The notes below the pieces were generated by a model that was not told the origin of the DNA, ran no database searches, and worked only from the letters and a program-made list of their open reading frames with translations. The position numbers and the translations under genes are program-made. From positions 3,648,001 through 3,712,000 of the forward strand of contig OZ243916.1 in the NCBI GenBank assembly GCA_965213675.1: a DNA stretch of 64,000 bases, written 5' to 3'. The first letter of the stretch is position 1, and every line of letters starts with the position of its first letter. This document shows positions 17,618 through 25,967 of the stretch, one piece after another. The stretch comes from an uncultured Candidatus Binatia bacterium. GTDB lineage: Bacteria > Desulfobacterota > Binatia > UBA9968 > JAJDTQ01.

Positions 17618-18328
17618 ATGGATGAGACCGCGGCCCGCTACGATGAGTTGCTGAACCACTTGACCCGTGAGACGTTCGCCGCACCCGAAGTCCAGCGCTT
17701 CTACGAGGCGCGGCTGACCTTGCCCCGGGCGCGCGTCATCGCGCAGCAGTTCGGCCTGTTCGTGCGCGGCCGGCGCTCGGCCTGGGCCTATCTCATCGCC
17801 CGCTGTCCGCACCTGGAGGTCAAGAAGAAGCTCCTGGCCCACGAGACCGAGGAGATGCTGTTCGATCCGCGTTGCGGCACGGACCACTACAGCCTCTGGG
17901 TGCGGCATGGCGAGGCGGTTGGGCTCGCCGCGGACGAGGTGCACGACGCCCGGCCGTTGCCCACCACCCGCGCGGCCATCTGCGGCTGGAGCTGGCTCGC
18001 CTTCAACTTGTCCTGGCTCGAAGGCCTCGGCGGCGTGGCGGTGCTGGAACGCGTCAACCTGGACCCGATCATTCCCGGCGGCGCGCACCAGACGCGCGCC
18101 CAAGAGCGGTGGATGAGCGACCTTGGGCTGAGCGCGGAACAGCTACCCAACTTCAAGCTGCACCGCGAGGCCGATACCGACCACAAGGGTCAGACCATGG
18201 AGTTGCTGGCCCACTACGCTACGACGGAAGTCCAGTGGGAAGGCATCGTGGACGCCGCGCGTCAGTCGCTGGAGTTCTGGCAGGTGTTTCTCGGCGGCGT
18301 CGGCCGCGCCATGGAAGCGGCCGATTGA
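17618..18328 (+). CDS. Heme-oxygenase-like diiron redox enzyme, copy 3
   Basis: RRSAWAYLIARCP, AHETEE...DH, GEAVGL, PLPTTRA, WLEGLG..AVLE, LHREADTDH. Confidence 0.85.
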   Translation: MDETAARYDELLNHLTRETFAAPEVQRFYEARLTLPRARVIAQQFGLFVRGRRSAWAYLIARCPHLEVKKKLLAHETEEMLFDPRCGTDHYSLWVRHGEAVGLAADEVHDARPLPTTRAAICGWSWLAFNLSWLEGLGGVAVLERVNLDPIIPGGAHQTRAQERWMSDLGLSAEQLPNFKLHREADTDHKGQTMELLAHYATTEVQWEGIVDAARQSLEFWQVFLGGVGRAMEAAD

Positions 18329-18431
18329 CGGCGTTCGCTCCGGCGGCGCGCACGGGGAAGACGCTGATCCGTGGCCGTTCGCCGAGGGGCAAAGAATCGG
18401 AACTTCCTCAAACAGACAAGAAAGGGGACCC

Positions 18432-18863
18432 ATGGCACGCTTGAGACACATCGCCATCGCTACCAAGGATCCGGAAAAGACCGCGGCCTTCTACCAGAAG
18501 GTGTTCGGGCTCAAGTTCATCAAGAAGGTGCCGGTCTCGCCCCGCGGCGGCGGCGTGTTCCTGTCGGATGGGCACGTCAACTTCGCGTTCCTGAACTATC
18601 CGTCCGACGAGGCCGCAGACATGGTCGGCGGCGCCGCCTACGAGGGGCTCCATCACATGGGGTTTCAGGTGGACGACGTCCAGGAGGCCAATGCGAAGCT
18701 CGACGGCACCGGGGCCGAGATCCTGGGCGACGCCGTCGGTTCCCACCACAGCTTCTACTTCGAGGAGAAGGTGCGCGGCCCCAACGGCGTCATCATGGAC
18801 ATCTCCGCCAAGGGCTGGGATCTCGATCCGCCGGTTTCCGCCGCCGGTGAGAACAAGGACTGA
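18432..18863 (+). CDS. VOC family protein (second copy)
   Basis: RLRHIAIAT, FYQKVFGL, LSDGHV, GLHHMGFQVD, GPNGVIMDIS. Confidence 0.88.
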   Translation: MARLRHIAIATKDPEKTAAFYQKVFGLKFIKKVPVSPRGGGVFLSDGHVNFAFLNYPSDEAADMVGGAAYEGLHHMGFQVDDVQEANAKLDGTGAEILGDAVGSHHSFYFEEKVRGPNGVIMDISAKGWDLDPPVSAAGENKD

Positions 18864-18902
18864 AGCACCGGCGCCACTCACCCCAGGAGCTTGCGCGGGC
18901 GT

Positions 18903-19805
18903 TCACAGCCCGGTGGCCTTCAGGGCGCTGGCGACAGTCTGCATCGCTTCCTCGGAGAGTTCCTCGGAAGGCCAGCGCGGGTAACGCCTGATCTTGAAGC
19001 CGCGGGCGCGCATGGCTTCGCGATGGGCGCTGCGGCCGTAGCGCTGGCCCAGCCGTCCGATGGTCCGCCCGAAGTCGTCGGCCTTCTTCTGCAGCGGAAT
19101 CGCCGCTTCGTAGTCCCGCCGCTCCAGGGCGTTCCACAGCGCCACGCAGATCTCGGGAATCGCGCTGGTCAAGGGCGGGATGGCGCCACTCAGCCCGTGC
19201 GGCGTCGCCGGCAGCAGATCGATGCTGTTGCCGGACATGACCGCGAAGTCCGCCGGCATGGCCTCCAGATATCCCATCAACGGCCCTTGGGCGTAGTAGC
19301 TTGCCTTCATGCCGCACAGCGACGGGACCTCCTGTTGGAGGGCCTTCGCGGTGGCCGGAGTGAAGGCCCAGCCGGAATACTTCACGTTGTCATAGAGGAA
19401 CAGCGGTGTGCCGTTCACGGCCTCCGCCACGGCTTTGTAGTGCGCCGTGATCTCCCAGGGCGTGTGGTCGGTGAAGTAGTAAGGCGGCACCACGGCCACC
19501 GCGTCCACCCCCAGGCCCTGCGAGTGTTGCGCCAGCCGGCAGGTGGTCTGCACGTCCGCGGCGCCGGCATGCATGATAACCGGCACGCGCCCGCGTACCC
19601 GTTCCACGACGAACTCCGCGGTGGCGACCCGCTGCTCCGTGGTCATGGCTGGCCCCATGCCGGTGGACCCGAGCACGAAGAGCCCTTGTACGCCGGCGGC
19701 GATGTGGAACTCCAGCATGTCGCCGAGCACATCGAAGTCCACCTCGCCGTCGTCGTCGAAGGTAGTGAGGGTGGGAATGAAGATGCCGCGGAATCGGGGT
19801 TTCAT
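18903..19805 (-). CDS. DHDPS/N-acetylneuraminate-lyase family class I aldolase/dehydratase
   Basis: GIFIPTLTTF, GVQGLFVLGSTG, GRVPVIMHAG, VVPPYY, LYDN, GMKAS (Schiff-base Lys). Confidence 0.88.
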   Translation of the reverse strand: MKPRFRGIFIPTLTTFDDDGEVDFDVLGDMLEFHIAAGVQGLFVLGSTGMGPAMTTEQRVATAEFVVERVRGRVPVIMHAGAADVQTTCRLAQHSQGLGVDAVAVVPPYYFTDHTPWEITAHYKAVAEAVNGTPLFLYDNVKYSGWAFTPATAKALQQEVPSLCGMKASYYAQGPLMGYLEAMPADFAVMSGNSIDLLPATPHGLSGAIPPLTSAIPEICVALWNALERRDYEAAIPLQKKADDFGRTIGRLGQRYGRSAHREAMRARGFKIRRYPRWPSEELSEEAMQTVASALKATGL

Positions 19806-20032
19806 GATGGCCTCCGTGATGCTGTCCTGCTCCAGGAGCACCCTGCGCCGCAGGCTCCTGGTGTCGTGTCCCTGTGACGTGCACGCGCGCGCGGCGGGTC
19901 GGGCTGCGTCTGGGCGAGCCCGCCCCGCATGATGGTCGCCGCCGCGGTCCGCCGGAAGCCGCGGGCAGGTTTGGCGGAGCGCGATCCGCCCGTTTTCAGG
20001 TTTGTGGAATCGTTTTCGGGACTCTGGAATCA

Positions 20033-20068
20033 AGAGGGGCATGCCCCCGGTTGGAAGCATGCCCCTCT
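20033..20068 (-). terminator. Probable intrinsic terminator/hairpin downstream of the SBP gene
   Basis: Perfect 12-bp stem AGAGGGGCATGC / GCATGCCCCTCT 20 nt past the stop at 20088. The U-tract is weak. Confidence 0.55.
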
Positions 20069-20087
20069 CTTCGTTCGGCAGCGCGTT

Positions 20088-21620
20088 CTACTTCACGCTG
20101 ATGTCCATGCCGTAGATGCGGGAGTCGGCCGGTGGCTGGTAGTCGACGCCTTGGGACAGGCCCCACAGGAACTCGTGCCGCCACTGAAAGCAGGCGGGGG
20201 CCATGTCGGTGATCAACTCCATGGCCTCGGTGAGGTACTCGTTCCGCTTCACCGGATCGAACTCCTGCTGTTCCCTGTCAAGGGCTGCGTCGATGTCGGG
20301 ATGGGAGAAGCCGATCCGCGGCGAGCCGCCCTTCCGGAAGTACTGGTGAAACGCCGAACTCGGATCGAGAACGCCGCCACGGCCCATGTAGAAGAACGGC
20401 ACTTTCCCCACCTGGACGTTGGCCCAGAGGGTGGGCCACTCCGGCGTGCGCAACTTGGCCTTGAAGCCCACGGCGTTGAGCATCGGGATCATGGACTCGG
20501 TGACCTGCTTGTCCAGGATGTAGCGGCCCACCGGGGTCTGCAACTCCACCTCGACGCCGCCGTCGGGGTAGCCGGCCTTGGCCAGCAGCTCACGCGCCTT
20601 GTCGGGGTCGTAGGTGTAACGGGTCTTCAGGTTGGGGTTGTAGCCCAACTGGCCCGGACCCAGGGGGCCGTCGAGGCGCTGTGCCTGCCCTTGCAGCAGA
20701 GTCCTGATGATCTTGTCCCGGTCGATGGCGTAGCACACCGCCTGACGCACTTCCTTCTTGTCGAAGGGCGGCTTGGGCTGCATGGCCAGGAACATGAGCA
20801 CGAGGGATTGGACCTTGGCGATCTTGTGCTTCGAAGAGCTCTCCACCGTCTTCATCAGATGCGGCGGGATGAGCTGTGCGATCTGCACCTCGTCGTTCAT
20901 GAGGGCCGCCACCCGTTGCTCGGTTTCGCGCATGACGCGGAAGACGACTTCGTCCGGCGCGTTGGCATTCCGCGACATGGCCGGGTGATCGGGCCGCTTC
21001 CGGATGACCATGCGCTGACCCTGCACCAATTCCACCAACTCGTAGGGACCGCCGCCCAAGTGGTGCTTCCGGTCGGCCTCCGCCGCGCCGTACTTGTCGT
21101 ACACCGCCTTGCTGGTGATGATCAGGCCGTCACAGAGGAAGTCCAGCAGCGGTGCGGTGGGTTTGTGGGTGGTGACCTGCACGGTGAAGTCGTCCAGCGC
21201 CTTGACTTCCTTGACCGGGCGGGCCACGGATGCCTTCTGCTTGCTCTGGGGATCGTTGAAGACGCGCCAGATGGAGTGGACGATGTCTTGGGCCTTCACC
21301 GGGCTGCCGTCGTTGAACGTGTAGCGCTGGTCCAGCTCGAACACCCAGTTATTGGGGTCCACGACCTTCCAGCTCTTGGCCAGACGCGGCTCCCACTTGC
21401 CGTCGTTCCAGTTGTACTTGCACAGGGGGCCCGCCAGCTCGGTGTAGATGCCGTAGAGCAGCGCCACGCTGTCGCCGTAGGGGTTGTGCGTCTCCATGGT
21501 CTCGGTCACGCCGATGCTGACCCGGGTCTTCTTCTGGGCCCACGCCGCGTTGGCCGCAAGGCACAGCGTGACGGCCGCGACGATCAGCGTCAGAAACGTG
21601 ATTCGCAAGTGCTTCCGCAT
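20088..21620 (-). CDS. ABC transporter substrate-binding protein, family 5 (DppA/OppA-like)
   Basis: Signal peptide ending AWA, PRLAKSW, FNDGSPV, GGGPY, PFDKKEVRQA..YAIDR, YDPDKARELLAKAGY. GGAG RBS. Confidence 0.92.
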   Translation of the reverse strand: MRKHLRITFLTLIVAAVTLCLAANAAWAQKKTRVSIGVTETMETHNPYGDSVALLYGIYTELAGPLCKYNWNDGKWEPRLAKSWKVVDPNNWVFELDQRYTFNDGSPVKAQDIVHSIWRVFNDPQSKQKASVARPVKEVKALDDFTVQVTTHKPTAPLLDFLCDGLIITSKAVYDKYGAAEADRKHHLGGGPYELVELVQGQRMVIRKRPDHPAMSRNANAPDEVVFRVMRETEQRVAALMNDEVQIAQLIPPHLMKTVESSSKHKIAKVQSLVLMFLAMQPKPPFDKKEVRQAVCYAIDRDKIIRTLLQGQAQRLDGPLGPGQLGYNPNLKTRYTYDPDKARELLAKAGYPDGGVEVELQTPVGRYILDKQVTESMIPMLNAVGFKAKLRTPEWPTLWANVQVGKVPFFYMGRGGVLDPSSAFHQYFRKGGSPRIGFSHPDIDAALDREQQEFDPVKRNEYLTEAMELITDMAPACFQWRHEFLWGLSQGVDYQPPADSRIYGMDISVK

Positions 21621-21765
21621 TTCGGTCTCCTCTCCGATGTTTGGTTGACGATGGGTCCGATTCCGACAATTCCGCGCTTCTATCAACGCGCCGTGCCGAT
21701 GTCAACCGCGAGCCCGGACCTCCAGGACCTCCGGACCTTGAATGCCCGCAGGCGTCCGCTTTGCC

Positions 21766-22488
21766 TCACAACAGTATGGCCGCCAGGCCGCCGGCCACGA
21801 CGATGGCGGTGGCGAGCCAGCGGAAGGCCGCCACCGAAACCCGGTCCCGCAGCCATGTGGCGGTGAAGTAGCCGAGGATGATGCCGGGAAGGCCGTAGAG
21901 CACGAACCACCCGGTGGCCGCGGTGAGCAGATCCATCCTCCAGTAGAAGGGCAGGGAGAACGCGGAGGTGATGAAGAAATAGGCGATGACAGTGCCGCGG
22001 AAGCGGGCGGGCTCCCAGCGTTGCTTCAGTCCGAGCAATACCAGGGGCGGGCCGCCCACCGACGTGCTGCCGCCAAGAAAGCCGGCGATCAGTCCGACGC
22101 CGATGCAGGCCGGCGTCTCCCGCCGGAACGGACGCCCGGGGGTGACCTGAAGCAGGAACACCAGGACGATCATCAGCGCGCCGATGATCCGTTGCAGGGT
22201 CACGGTGTCGATTTCCTTCAGGATCACGGCGCCCAGCGGGATCATCAGCGCGGCGCTCCCCGCCAGGAGAACGAGCCGGCGCCAGTCCACGTCGCGGCGG
22301 AGTTGAATGAACTGGGCCGCGCCCAGCGGGACATACAGCAGAGTCATGGCCGGCACCACCACCGCGGCCGGCAACGCCACCACCAGCAGGGGCACGGACA
22401 TGATCATCATGCCCGCCCCGGTGATGCCCTGAATGCTCGCCGCCCACAACACCACCGCAAAGACGTAGAGTCCGGTCTCCCATCCCAT
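21766..22488 (-). CDS. TauE/SafE (TSUP) family exporter
   Basis: About 240 aa, hydrophobic. IQGITGAG...VPLL, GLIAGFLGG.TSVGGPP, FRGT. Confidence 0.85.
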   Translation of the reverse strand: MGWETGLYVFAVVLWAASIQGITGAGMMIMSVPLLVVALPAAVVVPAMTLLYVPLGAAQFIQLRRDVDWRRLVLLAGSAALMIPLGAVILKEIDTVTLQRIIGALMIVLVFLLQVTPGRPFRRETPACIGVGLIAGFLGGSTSVGGPPLVLLGLKQRWEPARFRGTVIAYFFITSAFSLPFYWRMDLLTAATGWFVLYGLPGIILGYFTATWLRDRVSVAAFRWLATAIVVAGGLAAILL

Positions 22489-22574
22489 GTGCGTTTCCTG
22501 TTCCGTTCAACCACGATTCTTCGGAAGCGGCATTCGATTGCCGGTCACGCGGTTCTCCGCGCGCCCGTCCGCAA

Positions 22575-22598
22575 GGCCGACCGGCCGGTCGCCCTTAC
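22575..22598 (-). repeat. GTAR-type REP element overlapping the DASS stop codon
   Basis: The minus strand reads GTAAGGGCGACCGGCCGGTCGGCC (GTAR tetramer plus GC palindrome). Confidence 0.6.
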
Positions 22599-23986
22599 GG
22601 GGTCGCGAAATATCCCAGGTGGCGCAGCCACACGAACTGGAGCGGCAACGTCACGCACCAGGCCAGCAGGGTCAGGGCCAGCAGCAGCCGGGTGGCGCGG
22701 CTCGCGGGCATCCCGGCGAGGCGCGCCGCGATCATGACGGGCGGCAGCTCGTACGGGAACGGGACCATGGACCAGTTCACGGTCTGGGTCAGGAGAACCG
22801 TGGCCACGGGCCATCCGGTGGCGGCGCTGAGGTCCTTGGCCAGGGCGGCCGCGATCACCGGTTCGGCGGGCGTGGTGGCGGCGATGCTGATGAGCATGCC
22901 CACGGCGCTCATGGCGGCGAAATTCACAAAGTCGCGCCCCGGCTCCATGGGCAGCTTGTGCAGCAGCGAACCCGCCAGGAGATCTCCCAGTCCGCTGTGC
23001 ACCACCACCGACCCCAGGCCCACGATGCCGCAGATGAAGAGCCACGGCCCGAGGTTGACCTTGCCGGTGAGGGAATCGGGCGGCATGCAGCCGATCCGCG
23101 GCAACAGGCACAGGATGCCGGCGCCCAAGGCGACCCAGGCCGGCGACACCCGGTGCCAGTAGTCCGTGACCCACAGGGCCAGGGCCGCCATCAGGATCAG
23201 CAGCAGCGTGCGCTCCGCCGCCGTCCACGGAGCGCGCGCGTCCGGCGTCCCCACCGCGCTCACTTCCGCGGGAAACAACGCGGCGATCAGGAAGGGCAGG
23301 GCGATGAGGTTGACCACGCTGATGACCGGAAAGTGCATCAGGAAGTACTCGCCGTAGGTGATCTGGATGCCGTGGATGCTTTCGGCCGCCCCCAGCATCA
23401 CGACACTGGGCACCGCCGCGGTGAGGATGCCGAAACTCGGGAAGATGCTGCCGGTCGCCACCGCCAGGGTGATGCCGGTGCGCCCGATGCTGCCGCGCCC
23501 GAACCCCAGGCGTTCGCCCATGCTGAGAAAGATCGGCAGCATCACCAGCACCCGGCTCATGTTGGAGGGCACGATAAAGCCCATGAGTCCGGCGGTGAGC
23601 ACAATGCGGCACAGCAATCCGCGATAGGACCGGCCGTACCAGGCTACCGCCGCCGTGGCCATGCGCGCGCCGAGGCCGGTGGTCTGCACCGCCGCCGCGA
23701 TGATGAGGCCGCCGAAAACCAGCCAGCCCGCGGTGGAGGAAAACCCGGCGAAGACGACGTCCGGCGGCGCGCCGGCGACGGTCACCGCCAGAAAGCAGAA
23801 AATCACCGCCGTGAGGTACTCGGGGATCACCGCGGTGGCCCACAGGCCCACGCACACCACCAGGACCCCCGCGGTGGGAAGGATCGCCGGGGACAGTCCG
23901 GCGGGCGTCGGCGCAAGCGCCAGCGTCAGGCCCGCGGCGCAGGCGGTCCACGCCAACAGCCGCGCCGGTGCGAGCGCCCGGGTCAT
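22595..23986 (-). CDS. SLC13/DASS-like anion permease
   Basis: Many TM segments. LWATAVIPE, GFSS..WLVFGG, TGLGAR, VPSNMSR, PYELPP. Confidence 0.85.
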   Translation of the reverse strand: MTRALAPARLLAWTACAAGLTLALAPTPAGLSPAILPTAGVLVVCVGLWATAVIPEYLTAVIFCFLAVTVAGAPPDVVFAGFSSTAGWLVFGGLIIAAAVQTTGLGARMATAAVAWYGRSYRGLLCRIVLTAGLMGFIVPSNMSRVLVMLPIFLSMGERLGFGRGSIGRTGITLAVATGSIFPSFGILTAAVPSVVMLGAAESIHGIQITYGEYFLMHFPVISVVNLIALPFLIAALFPAEVSAVGTPDARAPWTAAERTLLLILMAALALWVTDYWHRVSPAWVALGAGILCLLPRIGCMPPDSLTGKVNLGPWLFICGIVGLGSVVVHSGLGDLLAGSLLHKLPMEPGRDFVNFAAMSAVGMLISIAATTPAEPVIAAALAKDLSAATGWPVATVLLTQTVNWSMVPFPYELPPVMIAARLAGMPASRATRLLLALTLLAWCVTLPLQFVWLRHLGYFATP

Positions 23987-24621
23987 TCGGCGTCAGGCTG
24001 CCGTTCAGGGGCCTGGTCCCTGAACGCGGGCAGGCGCATGCAGTTCTCGTGGATGCGCGCCAGGGTGGGAAAGCGTCCCAGGTCCACGGCGAAACGCTGG
24101 GAGTTGAACACCTGCGGCGCCAGGCAGACATCGGCCAGGGTCGGGTGGTCGCCGAAACAGTGCGCCCCGGTGCGCGAATCGTTCTTCAGCATCGCCTCCA
24201 TGGCGCCGAAGCCGTCCGCAATCCAGCGCCGCGCCCATGCGCCCCGGGCGTCGTCGTCCAGGCCCAGGTCCCGCTCCAGGTACTGCAGGATCCGGAGATT
24301 GTTGATGGGATGGATGTCGCAGGCCACGACCTGGGCCAGCGCCCGCACCCACGCCCGGTCCACCGCCCCGGCCGGCAGCAGCGCGGGTTCGGGAACCTGC
24401 TCTTCCAGGTACTCCATGATGGCCAGGGACTGCGTGAGCCACGCGCCGCCGTCTTCCAGAGCCGGCACCAGACCTTGCGGATTTCGCTCCAGAAACCCCT
24501 GCGCCCGTTGTTCGCCGCGCCGGAGGTGAACCGGCTGAAGGTCGTAGTCCAGCCCCTTGAGGGCCATGGCGATGCGCACCCGGTACGATGCCGAACTCCG
24601 GAAGTAGCCGTAAAGTTTCAT
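23983..24621 (-). CDS. maiA: Maleylacetoacetate/maleylpyruvate isomerase (GST zeta class)
   Basis: YFRSSASYRVRIA..LKGL, NPQGLVPAL, LTQSLAIMEYL, ACDIHPINNLR, PTLADVCL.PQ, QPDA. GGAGG RBS. Confidence 0.93.
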   Translation of the reverse strand: MKLYGYFRSSASYRVRIAMALKGLDYDLQPVHLRRGEQRAQGFLERNPQGLVPALEDGGAWLTQSLAIMEYLEEQVPEPALLPAGAVDRAWVRALAQVVACDIHPINNLRILQYLERDLGLDDDARGAWARRWIADGFGAMEAMLKNDSRTGAHCFGDHPTLADVCLAPQVFNSQRFAVDLGRFPTLARIHENCMRLPAFRDQAPERQPDAE

Positions 24622-24717
24622 GTTTCCTCCGTTTCCGCCAAACGGTATTTCACCCCGCGTGATCTGGCGCCAGATCAGGAATCACCGAACTGCTTGCGTG
24701 GCAACGGCGCCCGTCCC

Positions 24718-25845
24718 TCAGATGCCGTAGAAGCGCTTGGGGTTGTCCACCAGGATCTTTTCGATGACGCGGGGCGGCAAGTCGTCGCGCTGGCGCATGA
24801 CGTCCACCATGCGCGGCTCGTTGGCGGGGTCGGTGTGGCCGTAGTCCGAGCCGATGAGCAGGTGGTCCTCGCCGGTGTAGTTGAGCAGGTAGGGCAGGTC
24901 CTCGTCCGCCTCGCAGGCCACGTAGATGCGATAGTCCTGGAACAGCGCCGGATGGGTGTCGTGCTTCCAGCGGGGGCGCTGGATACCGCGCCGCCCGCCC
25001 GCGGCCACGGCCCGGGACTCGCGCCGGAGCACGTGCAGCAGGTACGGGATCCAGCTCGCCTTGGCCTCGATGAAGCCGAAGCGCACGCCGGGATAGCGCG
25101 CCGGCAAGTGGTTGGCGATGATGTCCCGGAAGGCGAACAGCGGCAGGATGACCTGATTGGCGAACACCGAGCTGACGGCCAGGTCGAAGAGGTTGAGCAA
25201 GGTGCGCGAGCCCGAGCCCGTGTGGATGCAGATGGGCAGGTCGAGTCTTTCCGCCTCCTCGTACAGCGGAAAGAAGTACGGCTCGGCGATGCTGCGGTCG
25301 CGCTCCAGGCCGCGCAGGGTGACGCCCACGGCGCCGTTGGCCTTGCCCTTGCGCATCTCTTCCAGCGAGGCGTTCAGGGAGTGGAGCGGTGGCGCCACCA
25401 CCCAGCGGAGCCGTCCCCCGGACTTGGACCACACGTCGGCCATCCAGTCGTTGTAGGCGCGGCACAGGGCGGTCTCCAGTTCCGCGTCGTCGGTGAGGTA
25501 GACCAGGAACAGGGTGGGGTAGATGACCTGCACGTCCACGCCCAGCCGATCCATGTCCGCCAGCCGCGCCGGCACGTCGGTGATCTCGCGGCAGGCTGTG
25601 AGCACGTCCTGCCGCCGCGCCTGCCCCTTGGATCGGGAAGGCGTCACCAGCCGGAAGCCGCCCCGCCCGGCGGGCTTGGGGAAGAGGTTGCCGTCGATGA
25701 GCCACAGGACGTTGATGTCGGCGTACAGGGTATCGTCCGGCACTTCGGTCATTACCGGCCGGCGGGGATACATGGAAGGCTCCATGCGCTCCCACATCCC
25801 GGCCGATTCGGATATGTGCGTATCCGCGTCGATGACGCCGAGCAT
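24718..25845 (-). CDS. Amidohydrolase_2 family metal-dependent decarboxylase/hydrolase
   Basis: IDADTH, RLADMDRLGVDVQVIYPT, RAYNDW, PICIH, FIEA, GSDYGH, ILVDNP. Confidence 0.88.
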   Translation of the reverse strand: MLGVIDADTHISESAGMWERMEPSMYPRRPVMTEVPDDTLYADINVLWLIDGNLFPKPAGRGGFRLVTPSRSKGQARRQDVLTACREITDVPARLADMDRLGVDVQVIYPTLFLVYLTDDAELETALCRAYNDWMADVWSKSGGRLRWVVAPPLHSLNASLEEMRKGKANGAVGVTLRGLERDRSIAEPYFFPLYEEAERLDLPICIHTGSGSRTLLNLFDLAVSSVFANQVILPLFAFRDIIANHLPARYPGVRFGFIEAKASWIPYLLHVLRRESRAVAAGGRRGIQRPRWKHDTHPALFQDYRIYVACEADEDLPYLLNYTGEDHLLIGSDYGHTDPANEPRMVDVMRQRDDLPPRVIEKILVDNPKRFYGI

Positions 25846-25967
25846 GGAAGTTGGCGCCCTTGGTGCTGGCGCGGCGCTGCGCTCAGGACGAACGGAATCG
25901 GACAACGTCGATACCCCCGTGAGTTGCCTGCGGCTTTCAGGGTTCCGCGGCGCCAGGCCGCGACCGC

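Noticed and set aside
11509-18328. Thiamine salvage (ThiY + TenA) or PQQ biosynthesis (pqqC)
   Set aside because: The three proteins carry a diiron HxxxDxxH ligand set rather than the TenA catalytic Cys motif. No other thi or pqq genes and no TPP riboswitch were seen.
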